Assembly: GCA_919903025.1 (NCBI GenBank) | Contig: CAKKSE010000040.1 | Location: 1-52,607 of the forward strand | Source of the DNA: Nitrospiria bacterium | GTDB lineage: Bacteria > Nitrospirota > RBG-16-64-22 | Reading direction: 5' to 3' | Length of the DNA: 52,607 nucleotides | Notes under the pieces: model-generated | Database searches by the model: none | The model's input: only the letters and a program-made list of their open reading frames with translations | What the model was told of the DNA's origin: nothing | Translations under genes and position numbers: made by a program | Shown here: positions 8,375 through 17,229 of the stretch, piece after piece | Numbering within the stretch: position 1 is the stretch's first letter | Layout: each line of letters opens with the position of its first letter

Positions 8375-8830
8375 TCATTTCCTCCGCCGTGCCCCCGGCT
8401 TCACTTTCCGACAGCCCCGGCAGACCCCGTACAGTTCCAGCTTATGGTCCTGGATCAGGAATCCGTGCTCCGCCGCCACACGGTCCTGGAGGCCTTCGAT
8501 TTTCACGTTCTCGAACTCGAAAATCTTCCCGCAGATCTTGCAAATCATGTGATCGTGGTGCCCGCCCGCCGCCGCCGGCTCATAGCACGACTCGTTCGCC
8601 CCGAACCGCCGCTCCTTCGCCACGCCCGCTTGGGCCAAGAGCTTGAGCGTCCGATAGACCGTGACCAGCCCAATCGCCGGGTTCTTCCGAGAGACGGACC
8701 GGTGAAGGCCCTCGGCGGTAATATGCCTGTGGGACGAGAGGAACTCCCGCGCGATCGCCGTCCGCTGACGGGTCGTCTTGAGCCCCTGACGCCTCAGATA
8801 CGCCTGGAATGTCTCTTCCCCGCTCGCCAC
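8375..8830 (-). CDS. fur: Ferric uptake regulator family repressor
   Basis: TRQR, TVYRTL, HHDHMICKICG, CRGC. Confidence 0.93.
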   Translation of the reverse strand: MASGEETFQAYLRRQGLKTTRQRTAIAREFLSSHRHITAEGLHRSVSRKNPAIGLVTVYRTLKLLAQAGVAKERRFGANESCYEPAAAGGHHDHMICKICGKIFEFENVKIEGLQDRVAAEHGFLIQDHKLELYGVCRGCRKVKPGARRRK

Positions 8831-8857
8831 CGGGCATCCCCCCAGCGATATTATTAT

Positions 8858-8872
8858 TGAAAACGATTTTCA
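8858..8872. promoter_or_regulatory. Fur-type operator TGAAAAC-G-ATTTTCA (autoregulation)
   Basis: Near-perfect 7-1-7 palindrome in an AT-rich patch just downstream of the -10. Confidence 0.8.
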
Positions 8873-8878
8873 TGTTCT

Positions 8879-8907
8879 TTTATACGCCTCCCCTGGTCCC
8901 GTGTCAA
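8879..8907 (-). promoter_or_regulatory. sigma70 promoter TTGACA-N17-TATAAA for fur-FTR1-feoB-dtxR
   Basis: Consensus hexamers with 17-bp spacing. Confidence 0.75.
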
Positions 8908-8997
8908 GAGCAATGTCGGGACTTGCGGCAGTCCGGACAAGACCCGGAAACGCCGCTCTGGGAATCGATCTTCCTACCCCGGCAGAGGCCGCTCCCA

Positions 8998-10197
8998 TCA
9001 GACGGCCCGTTTTCCTTCCCTGACAACGACGAAGAACGCAGCGGACGAAAGGACGAGAACGACGGCGAGGGCGAGGAAGGCCGTCCGGTAGCCGGCTGAC
9101 GCGACGAGAAGGCCGGCCGCGATCGGTCCCGATGCGTGGCCCACGTCCATGACCGTCCCGAAGACGCCCATGGCCGAACCGTAGTGCCGCTCCCGGCAGA
9201 AGTCGGCCACGAGCGCCGGCACGGATGACGTGACGGCCGCCACGCCGATCCCGAAGACGGCGAGAACGGCCAGAAGAAGCTCGATTGACGAGAACCACGG
9301 AATCGCCGCGAGCGAAGAAGCCGTCACGAGGAGGCCGCCAGCGATGAAGGGCCGGCGCCCCATGCGGTCGGAGAATCGTCCGAGGATCGGTTTGGAGAGG
9401 ACGGTGACGGCGAGTTGTACGCCGAACAGAACCCCCACGTGGGCGCTGTTGAGCCCCACCGAAAGGGCGTAGAGAGGGAGAAACGCCTGGATCGCGCCCG
9501 TCGCCAGGAACTGCGCGGCTTGCGCCGCAGACGTCACGAGAACGTTCCGATCTCCCGCGACTTCCCGCAGGCCGGCGACAAGCTTGGGCCACAGAGGGTC
9601 CCCGGCCGCCGAAGGGGAAGCAGGCCTCGGCGGAAGATCCAGCCGAAGGACCACGAGGACCAGGGCCAGGGATCCGGCCGCCCCCGCGCAGAGAAAAGCC
9701 GGGGAGAAACCGGCGCTGTAGACGATCGCCCCGCCGATCACGGGGCCGAGCAGGCCGCCCGTCATCTGGATCGAGGAGTACCACGACATCGCTTCCGCCC
9801 GCTTTTCGCGGAACATGTCCGCGATCACGGCCAGGACAACGGGGGACGTGACCGCCGTCGCCAGACCATGGAAGAAGCGGACTACGGTCAGTACAATCTC
9901 GTTCGCCGCCAGGAGGTAGACGAAGGGCGTGAATCCGAAGACCGCCATTCCGAACAGAAGGATGCGCTTCCGAGGCAGATGGTCGGAGAGGGCGCCGGCG
10001 GGGAACTTGACGAAGATCCCGGTGATCGTCGAGGCGGCGACGATGAATCCGATTTCGGCGGGCCCCACGCCGAGCGACCCCGCGTAGAGCGCGAGGACGG
10101 GGCTCCGGATCATCTCGTACGACATCCAGGCGAGGAATCCGGCGGAGGAGAGGAGACCCAGCGTCCGGAGGGGTGAAAAATCTCCTTGTGTCGCCAT
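8998..10197 (-). CDS. MFS transporter (12 TM)
   Basis: Motif A GALSDHLPRK and GRFSDRMGRR; start taken at MATQ. Confidence 0.92.
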   Translation of the reverse strand: MATQGDFSPLRTLGLLSSAGFLAWMSYEMIRSPVLALYAGSLGVGPAEIGFIVAASTITGIFVKFPAGALSDHLPRKRILLFGMAVFGFTPFVYLLAANEIVLTVVRFFHGLATAVTSPVVLAVIADMFREKRAEAMSWYSSIQMTGGLLGPVIGGAIVYSAGFSPAFLCAGAAGSLALVLVVLRLDLPPRPASPSAAGDPLWPKLVAGLREVAGDRNVLVTSAAQAAQFLATGAIQAFLPLYALSVGLNSAHVGVLFGVQLAVTVLSKPILGRFSDRMGRRPFIAGGLLVTASSLAAIPWFSSIELLLAVLAVFGIGVAAVTSSVPALVADFCRERHYGSAMGVFGTVMDVGHASGPIAAGLLVASAGYRTAFLALAVVLVLSSAAFFVVVREGKRAV

Positions 10198-10250
10198 CGC
10201 CTGGCCTGCTATCAAGACCTCACCTCGGGGCAAAGCGGATGGAGGTTGCC

Positions 10251-10403
10251 GTGACGATTGGAAAGATTCGGACTCTCCTTTACGGGGCGGCGAAGATTCT
10301 GGGCGACATCAGCGCCGTCCAGAGGGGAAAGGCAAAGGAGCGGATCGCCCGCCGCCTCGCCGGCAAGGTCACGGGCCGCCTCCTGGGCCGGATCTTCAAA
10401 TGA
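10251..10403 (+). CDS. Small basic amphipathic protein (50 aa), unknown function
   Basis: GGAGG RBS plus GTG; TIGKIRTLLYGAAKILGDISAVQRGKAKERIARRLAGKVTGRLLGRIFK. Confidence 0.6.
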   Translation: MTIGKIRTLLYGAAKILGDISAVQRGKAKERIARRLAGKVTGRLLGRIFK

Positions 10404-11598
10404 GCGCAAGGGCCAACCCCGCGGCGGCCGCGGCTGTTGCTCCGACCACATAGACGGGCGGCGCCTTCCAGAGAACCAGCGCTCCGAATCCCCCGATCGC
10501 CAGAATGAAATCGGAATGAGAGCGGATCGTCGTCGTCCAGATGGGATCGTAGAGCGCCGCGAGCAGGATCCCGACGACGGCCGCGTTCACCCCGCCCAGC
10601 GCCGCGGCTGCGGCCTTGCGCCGCCGCAGTTCCTCCCAGAACGGGAGCGCGCCGACCACGAGGAGAAACGCGGGAAGGAAGATGGCCGCCAGTCCGATGA
10701 GTCCGCCGGCCCATCCCCGCAGGTCCCCGTTCATGACCGCGCCGAGATAGGCGCCGAAAGTGAAGAGAGGACCGGGCACGGCTTGGGCCGCCCCGTACCC
10801 CGCGAGAAAATCCACGTCGCTCACCCACCCCGGGGGCACGACCTCGGCCCGGAGAAGCGGAAGAACCACGTGCCCCCCGCCGAAGACGAGTGAGCCGGCG
10901 CGGTAGAACGCATCGAAGAGCTTGAGCGCCCGGCTTCCGTCGGCCGCCGCGAGTCCCGGAAGGAAAACGAGCAGTCCGAAGAACAAAGCCAGGAACGCCA
11001 GGCCCGCTCTTTTCGAGACCGGAACCTCCAGCGGCTCATGCGCTCCGTCGCTCGGAGTCGGAACCACCCGCCACCCGACGAGCCCGCCGCCCGCAATGAC
11101 GAGGACCTGCACGAGCGCGCCGGGCCACGCCAGCGTGAAAATCGCCGCCGCGATCGCAAGCGTCGCCCGGGGGCGGTCCGGGCAGAGCGCGTTTCCCATC
11201 CCCCAAACTGCCTGCGCTACCACAGCCACGGCCACGACCTTGAGACCGTGGACCCAACCCGACGCCGCGGCATCCGGATAGTGCGCCATGCCGTAGGCGA
11301 ACGCGATCAGAACGAGCGCCGAGGGCATGGTAAAGCCGGTCCAGGCCGCCAAGGCGCCCGGAAGCCCCGCGCGCCTTATGCCGAGAGCGATCCCCACCTG
11401 ACTGCTGGCCGGCCCCGGCAGGAACTGGCACAGGGCCACAAGCTCGGCGTACGCCTTCTCTCCCAGCCACTGGCGCCGCTTCACGAACTCCTCGCGGAAA
11501 TATCCGAGGTGGGCAATCGGCCCGCCGAATGACGTCAGTCCCAGCTTGAGAAAGACGAGAAACACTTCCAGAGCGCTTCGGGCTTGAGTCACAGCCAA
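10396..11598 (-). CDS. chrA: Chromate efflux transporter (long-chain CHR)
   Basis: SFGGPIAHLG, QFLPGPASSQ, VFGGGHVVLP, AQAVPGP. Confidence 0.95.
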   Translation of the reverse strand: MAVTQARSALEVFLVFLKLGLTSFGGPIAHLGYFREEFVKRRQWLGEKAYAELVALCQFLPGPASSQVGIALGIRRAGLPGALAAWTGFTMPSALVLIAFAYGMAHYPDAAASGWVHGLKVVAVAVVAQAVWGMGNALCPDRPRATLAIAAAIFTLAWPGALVQVLVIAGGGLVGWRVVPTPSDGAHEPLEVPVSKRAGLAFLALFFGLLVFLPGLAAADGSRALKLFDAFYRAGSLVFGGGHVVLPLLRAEVVPPGWVSDVDFLAGYGAAQAVPGPLFTFGAYLGAVMNGDLRGWAGGLIGLAAIFLPAFLLVVGALPFWEELRRRKAAAAALGGVNAAVVGILLAALYDPIWTTTIRSHSDFILAIGGFGALVLWKAPPVYVVGATAAAAAGLALALI

Positions 11599-11620
11599 CC
11601 CCCAAAATTGTCCTTATGAA

Positions 11621-12643
11621 TCACGGCCGCCGGGCTTCCATCGCCTTGCCCGGCATGTCCTGGTACGCGAACTTCCTCTCTACTTCGGCGTGCGCCTTTC
11701 CGTCCACCTCGACGTACGGATAGATGAAGTAGTTCAGGCGCTCCCCCTGCTGGGCTGGAGAGAGAAGGATGTCGCGCCCCGTCGTGAACTCGATGCGGTT
11801 GGGGTCCAGAGTCCCGAAGAAGTAGGTCTTCTTCGACTTGTCCTTCGCGGCCTCCGAAGTGTCGACAGGGACCCATCCGAATCCGTCCAGGTGGAACTCG
11901 GCCCAGCAATGGTACCCGGCGACAGTCCCCTTCCCCTTCTCGGGAGGAATCGGGAAACCGATCACGAACTTGGCCGGGATGCCGGCCGCCCGCGAGAGGC
12001 CGATGAAGAGGGCGTGGAAGTCGGTGCAGTTGCCCCTGCGGATGTCGCAGGCGTAATACAGATCGCCGTTCCCCCAACCCGTTCCGCTCTTGTCGTACTT
12101 CATCGTTTCGACGGTGTAGTCGTAGATCGCCGCCGCCCTATCGAGCGGCGTGCTCTTCCCCCGGACCACCTCGTCCGCGATCGACTTGACGAAGTCGTCG
12201 ATCGGGACCAGCCGGTCTCCTTGCAGGAATCTATCCAGCGCGGAGGATTGTCCCGCCCGGCGGACGCCCCCCTCCCCCGGGGAGCGTCGGTCTTCTTTTC
12301 GCCGGACCGTATAGGAGACGCGGACTCGAAGGTTTTCCGCCCCCTTTGGATCGAGAACCATGTTGAGGATCTTGTTGCCGTATTCGGAGTCGCGGTGGAA
12401 GGACACGCCCGATGGCGCCTCGACTCTCAGATCCGCGATCCGCTGGACATCTGTCTCGGGGGCGACTGGAAGCCAGACTTCGACCCGCCGCGCCGAAGAA
12501 GGGATCTTCGACACGACGGCTTCGTATGAGAAGCGGAACGATCGTTCGTTCAAAAACGGGGACGACGCCACGGCCGCCGGGCCGTCGACAAACGGGACCG
12601 CAAGGAAAGCAAACGCAAGAAAGAACGCGGATGCGCGCGTCAT
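11621..12643 (-). CDS. Exported transglutaminase-like domain protein
   Basis: Signal peptide; Cys-His-Asp triad GNCTDF, YHCWAEF, WVPVD. Confidence 0.88.
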   Translation of the reverse strand: MTRASAFFLAFAFLAVPFVDGPAAVASSPFLNERSFRFSYEAVVSKIPSSARRVEVWLPVAPETDVQRIADLRVEAPSGVSFHRDSEYGNKILNMVLDPKGAENLRVRVSYTVRRKEDRRSPGEGGVRRAGQSSALDRFLQGDRLVPIDDFVKSIADEVVRGKSTPLDRAAAIYDYTVETMKYDKSGTGWGNGDLYYACDIRRGNCTDFHALFIGLSRAAGIPAKFVIGFPIPPEKGKGTVAGYHCWAEFHLDGFGWVPVDTSEAAKDKSKKTYFFGTLDPNRIEFTTGRDILLSPAQQGERLNYFIYPYVEVDGKAHAEVERKFAYQDMPGKAMEARRP

Positions 12644-12701
12644 GTGCGATTCCCCCGCCCCTCGGCACTGAGGGGCGGGGCCTCCGTGGACGGTTGGGGA
12701 A

Positions 12702-13190
12702 TCAGTTCACGACGACAGGCTTGTCGCCGTCGAAGTTGTAGCGCTCCTTCTTGGCCCACTTGCCTCCGTTCTTGACCGGAACCTTGTGGACCTTTGTCTC
12801 GGTCACGACGAGCTTCCCGTCCTTCGGCGCGAGCCAGAAGTCGATGTCGTAGAGCTGGTCCATCGCGCCGCCGGCGGCCTGGAAGTCGATGCAGGCGAAG
12901 TATCCCTTCCCAGCGATGTTGCGGACGGGATCGTGGATCTGGACGAACTTGAGCGAAAGCTCCTTGCCGCCGTCGTCGGCGTCCTTGAGCTTGAACGCGC
13001 CTCCGCCGGCTTTGGTCCCCTTGTTGATGTGGTCCATCATCGCCTTCTTGATCTCCGAGGCGGTGAACTCCTTCGCCTTGGCGCCCGGATGCTCACCCGG
13101 GTGCTCGTCGGCGATGCCGGAAGCGAATGTGCCTCCGACCACGAGGAAGAGAGCGGCCACCAGAACCGCGGCATTGCGAAACCGATCCAT
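12702..13190 (-). CDS. Secreted protein with EHP-EHP motif, unknown function
   Basis: Signal peptide followed by DEHPGEHPG; AAGGAGG RBS; strong GC3 bias. Confidence 0.8.
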   Translation of the reverse strand: MDRFRNAAVLVAALFLVVGGTFASGIADEHPGEHPGAKAKEFTASEIKKAMMDHINKGTKAGGGAFKLKDADDGGKELSLKFVQIHDPVRNIAGKGYFACIDFQAAGGAMDQLYDIDFWLAPKDGKLVVTETKVHKVPVKNGGKWAKKERYNFDGDKPVVVN

Positions 13191-13311
13191 GACGCCTCCT
13201 TCTGCCGGCCCCCGGAACAGTTTTGAGATACTCTCCGGGACCGCCGGGGGACTACGGTCCGGAGTTCGGATTTAGAGGATTAACAACTTGTCGACGGCCC
13301 TTATTCCCTCA

Positions 13312-13340
13312 TTGACACGCCCCGCGCCGTCCCCTACGCT
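13312..13340 (+). promoter_or_regulatory. sigma70 promoter TTGACA-N17-TACGCT for antiporter operon
   Basis: Consensus match ~80 nt upstream of 13419. Confidence 0.6.
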
Positions 13341-13418
13341 GGGGAAAAATCGGGCAGAGGATACCCCATCCTCTTCGCGACCCGCCAGAGTTCTTTTCGT
13401 CCTCGAGGAGGTCCCGCC

Positions 13419-13898
13419 GTGAAGATGCATGAAGCCGAACTCCCCGGCGTGGGGAGGAAGTTCTGGATCCACACGGACGTGGGCGAGAAGCTCACGGTCA
13501 TCCGCCACTCCGCCGGAAAGCGCGAAGTCTACCGCTTCCAGAAGGGCGAGGAGTTCCCATCGTCGGTCATCGAATTGTCCGAGGAGGAGGCCAGGGAGGT
13601 CGGCGCGGTGCTCTCCGGGGAGTTCCGCCTCCGCACGGTCGAGCGGATGGACGTGATCGTCAAGGAGATGTCGCTCGAGTGGGTCAAGGTCGAGCCGGGC
13701 TCGCGCGCGGACAGCCGGACGATCCGCGAGCTGGCGATCCGCACGAAGACGGGCGTCTCCATCATCGCGATCCTCAGGGAAGACCTCTGCGTCCCGGGTC
13801 CCGAATCGTCCGAGGTCCTCAAGGGTGACGACGTCCTCCTCGTGATCGGCCGCCCCGAGCACCACAAGCGGTTCCGCAAGGTCCTGGCCGGGGAGTAG
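13419..13898 (+). CDS. KhtT-like cation:proton antiporter regulatory subunit (RCK_C)
   Basis: ELPGVGRKF N-terminus; IRTKTGVSIIAILR TrkA_C domain; GAGGAGG RBS. Confidence 0.9.
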   Translation: MKMHEAELPGVGRKFWIHTDVGEKLTVIRHSAGKREVYRFQKGEEFPSSVIELSEEEAREVGAVLSGEFRLRTVERMDVIVKEMSLEWVKVEPGSRADSRTIRELAIRTKTGVSIIAILREDLCVPGPESSEVLKGDDVLLVIGRPEHHKRFRKVLAGE

Positions 13899-13906
13899 CG
13901 GTCCCC

Positions 13907-15061
13907 GTGTCCCAATCCCTTCTCGAACTGGGCGTCATCCTGGCCGTCCTCTTCGCGGGCGGGCTCATCGCCTCCCGCCTCCGGCAGTCGGTCATCCCCG
14001 CCTACATCCTCGGCGGCATCCTCCTCCACAACTTCGTCACGAACGTGGAACTGATCCATCTTCTGTCCACGATCGGTCTGATGCTCCTCCTCTTCTTCAT
14101 CGGCCTGGAGTTCTCCACCTCGTATCTCCGCCATCACGTCCGCCCCATCACGCGCGCGGGGGCCATCGACCTCGCGGTCAACTTCCCGCTCGGGCTGTTC
14201 ATCGGGCGGGCGATGGGATGGGACTGGCTTGCCTCGGCGTACCTCGGGGCGATCGTCTACATTTCTTCCTCCGCCGTCGTCACCAAGGCCATGATCGACA
14301 ACCGCCAGGTCGCCAACCCCGAAGCCGACACGATCGTCGGCATCCTCGTCTTCGAGGACCTCGCCATCGTCCTGATCCTCGCCCTTCTCACCGGCTTTCA
14401 GTCCGGCAGCGTAGAGGCCGCGAGTCTCTCCTGGACGCTTCTCAAGATCGCTCTCTTCATCACGCCTTTCCTGCTCCTCCCGCCATCCGTTATTCCCCGC
14501 CTCAACCGGCTCCTGCACGTGGAGTCCACGGAGCTTTTCCTCCTGATGGCGCTCGCCGTCGTGCTGTTGGCCTCCGCTCTCTCGACGCGCCTCGGCTTTT
14601 CGGAGGCGGTCGGGGCGTTCCTCGTCGGGCTCCTCTTCTCGGAGACGGCCCACCGCCAGAGGATCATCGACCGTCTCGCCCCCTTCCGGGACCTCTTCGC
14701 GGCGATCTTCTTCCTCTCCTTCGGCCTGATGATCCCGTGGGAAGGCTGGAGCGGCACGTCTCTCCCGATCGCAGGGCTGGTCCTCCTGGGCGTCGCGGGC
14801 AAGATGGCAACGGGCTATCTGGTCTGCCAATCCTCGCGCCTGTCCGGACGGGCGTGCGCGAGCACAGGGATCGCCCTGATCCCGCGCGGCGAATTCTCCA
14901 TCATTCTGGCCGTAGCCGCGGCTGGGGGGCTCCCGGACGGCCCAATCAAGGAGACAATCCTCCCTATTTCAGCCGGATTCGTTCTGGCCACGGGCGGGAT
15001 CGGCGTGATTGGAATGCGGGAGTTCCCGGCGTATTGGATCAGAAGGAAGAAGAAGGGGTAG
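13907..15061 (+). CDS. KhtU-like CPA2 K+(Na+)/H+ antiporter
   Basis: LFFIGLEFS, ISSSAVV, LVFEDL, IPRGEFSII. Confidence 0.92.
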   Translation: MSQSLLELGVILAVLFAGGLIASRLRQSVIPAYILGGILLHNFVTNVELIHLLSTIGLMLLLFFIGLEFSTSYLRHHVRPITRAGAIDLAVNFPLGLFIGRAMGWDWLASAYLGAIVYISSSAVVTKAMIDNRQVANPEADTIVGILVFEDLAIVLILALLTGFQSGSVEAASLSWTLLKIALFITPFLLLPPSVIPRLNRLLHVESTELFLLMALAVVLLASALSTRLGFSEAVGAFLVGLLFSETAHRQRIIDRLAPFRDLFAAIFFLSFGLMIPWEGWSGTSLPIAGLVLLGVAGKMATGYLVCQSSRLSGRACASTGIALIPRGEFSIILAVAAAGGLPDGPIKETILPISAGFVLATGGIGVIGMREFPAYWIRRKKKG

Positions 15062-15064
15062 GGG

Positions 15065-15409
15065 CTACCTCGGCGAGACGTCCCCCGCCTCGTGTAGAAG
15101 GTCCAGGAACTCGTTGAACTCGTCCGGCGTATGGTCGATCGCCTCGCCGCTCTCCTTGAACCTCAGGAACGCCTCGATAAAAGAGAAGAGCCGCTCGACC
15201 GCCTTGCAATCCTCGTCGGGAAGCTGTTTCCGGACGTTATAAAGCGCCTTGTAAGGGAACCGGCCGTTCCCCTTGTACCGCTCCATGGCCTGCATGAGAT
15301 CGAGAGGATACCCCGCGATCTTTCCGTAGTCGATCGAGCCGTAAAGGAGCTTGCGGCGAAGCTGTGCGTAGTCTTCCCAAATCCGGGTGATTCGTTCGGA
15401 CCGGAACAT
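15065..15409 (-). CDS. Hypothetical helical protein (114 aa)
   Basis: Coding-like ORF with GGAGGG RBS and an upstream TTGACG-N17-TAACGT promoter. Confidence 0.65.
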   Translation of the reverse strand: MFRSERITRIWEDYAQLRRKLLYGSIDYGKIAGYPLDLMQAMERYKGNGRFPYKALYNVRKQLPDEDCKAVERLFSFIEAFLRFKESGEAIDHTPDEFNEFLDLLHEAGDVSPR

Positions 15410-15786
15410 GACCTGCCCCTCCCTGGAATCCCTAGGCTGTCTCAACGTTACCCGCATCGCGCGGATGCGTCAAGCCTTGCAGCGAACAGATCCTAGACGG
15501 CCAGGGATGAGATGTGACGCTCGGCGAGAATGCGGTGGAGCGGAACGTGAAGTGCGGTCCGGCAGACTGCCGCATGGCCTCTGAGGCCATCGCTGAACCA
15601 ACACGGCGCCTATCGTTCCTTGAACCTCGGGGTCCGATATGGTAGGTTCCAACCCGCTGGAGTTCGAACTTGTGCGTCCGAAGCATCGGCCCAAAAACCC
15701 GGAGGCGACGTCACAGAGGCTTCAACCAGCCGCGAGCCGTCATCCGTTGGATTCCGGACCCTGCACTGCACACACAGGAGACCTTT

Positions 15787-17229
15787 GTGCCTGCACCGCT
15801 GGTCGCTCTCGTCGGCCTTCCAAACGCCGGCAAATCGACGCTCTTCAACCGGCTAGCGCGCAAGTCGCTCGCGACCGTCGATGCCACGCCCGGCGTAACG
15901 CGGGACCGGCGCGTCGCGCTCGCCCAGTGGGACGAACACCGGTTCCTCGTGGCCGACACGGGAGGGCTCACCTTCGCCGCCGAGGATGACCTCGCGCGCC
16001 AGATCCAGGCCCAGGCCGGGATGGCGATCTCCGAGGCGGACGTCATCATCCTAGTCGTCGACGCCGCCGCGGGGCTGACGCCCTTTGACCGGGAGATCGC
16101 CCTGCGCCTCCGGCGAACGGACAAACCGGTCCTTGTTGCCGCCAACAAGATCGACGGACCGAGCATGGAGAACGCGGCGGCCGAATTCCACGCCCTGGCT
16201 CTCGGCGTCCCCATTCCCCTTTCCGCCCGGAACGGGTACGGATTCGACGAGTTTCTGGAAGCCGTGCTCGCCGCCGTTCCGGGACAGGCCCAGCCGGCCG
16301 GTGAAACGCTTCTTCCCGAAGTCCCGCGCGTCTCAGTCGTCGGCCGTCCCAACGTCGGGAAGTCGTCTCTCCTCAACGCTCTCCTCGGACGGGACCGGTT
16401 CGTCACGAGCCCCTTGCCCGGGACGACGCGCGACGCCGTCTCCGAAGAAGCTGTTCTGGACGGCCGGACCTATCTTTTCGTCGACACGGCCGGCGTCCGA
16501 AGACGGGGACGGATCGAGCGGGGGATCGAAAAGTTCTCGATCGTTCAGACGATGCGGGCGATCGAGGAATCCGACGTCGTCCTCCTCCTCGTGGACGTGT
16601 CGGAAGGGCTGACGGAACAGGACCTCAACCTCGCGGGCGCCGTGGCGGAAGCGGGCCGGGGCGTGATCGTCCTGCTCAACAAGTGGGACCTTCTTCCCAA
16701 GGAAAAGCGCGAAGACCCCCGGTTCCTCGAACCCATCCGGTACCGCCTGCGCTTCCTCTCCTACGCGCCGCTCCGGACGATCTCGGCGACGCGGCGCCAC
16801 GGCCTCAGGCAGATTCCCGCCGAGATCCTCAAGGTCATGAACTCTTACTCCCAGCGCGTTCCCACGCCGAAGATCAACCGCGTCATCTTGGCGGCGGCCG
16901 AACGCCATCCGCCGCCCCGGTCCGCCCGGGGCGCCGTCAAAATCAAGTACGTCGTCCAGACCCGCGTGCGCCCCCCCTCTTTCGCCCTGTTCACGAACCG
17001 GCCCGGCGAGGTCCCGGTCTCGTACCGGCGCTTCCTGGAGCACGCCCTCCGCGAGGCGTTCGGTTTCGAGGGAACTCCGCTCCGCCTGACATTCAGGGCC
17101 TCGCAAAGGGAGAAGCCCGGAAGAAGGACCTCTTCCCGAGGACGCCGCCCGCATCCGGCCCCGGGAGAGACGGCGGAAAAGTCCGCGCCCGTGATCCCGT
17201 CCGGCGGCGGAAAGGAACGACGGCGTTGA
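15787..17229 (+). CDS. der: Ribosome biogenesis GTPase Der (EngA)
   Basis: Two G-domains (GLPNAGKS/DTGG/NKID; GRPNVGKS/DTAG/NKWD) plus KH domain; AGGAG plus GTG start. Confidence 0.96.
   Translation: MPAPLVALVGLPNAGKSTLFNRLARKSLATVDATPGVTRDRRVALAQWDEHRFLVADTGGLTFAAEDDLARQIQAQAGMAISEADVIILVVDAAAGLTPFDREIALRLRRTDKPVLVAANKIDGPSMENAAAEFHALALGVPIPLSARNGYGFDEFLEAVLAAVPGQAQPAGETLLPEVPRVSVVGRPNVGKSSLLNALLGRDRFVTSPLPGTTRDAVSEEAVLDGRTYLFVDTAGVRRRGRIERGIEKFSIVQTMRAIEESDVVLLLVDVSEGLTEQDLNLAGAVAEAGRGVIVLLNKWDLLPKEKREDPRFLEPIRYRLRFLSYAPLRTISATRRHGLRQIPAEILKVMNSYSQRVPTPKINRVILAAAERHPPPRSARGAVKIKYVVQTRVRPPSFALFTNRPGEVPVSYRRFLEHALREAFGFEGTPLRLTFRASQREKPGRRTSSRGRRPHPAPGETAEKSAPVIPSGGGKERRR

Noticed and set aside
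13341-13415. Na+/Li+ or c-di-AMP riboswitch before the antiporter
   Set aside because: Only a simple AGAGGAT/ATCCTCT hairpin; no recognisable consensus.
15588-15672. tRNA, TPP or c-di-AMP (ydaO) riboswitch
   Set aside because: Only fragments match (GTTCGAA, TTGAACCT..GTAGG, ATCGCTGAA). There is no cloverleaf and core motifs such as UGAGA, GGGGUGAAUC and CUAAC are missing.
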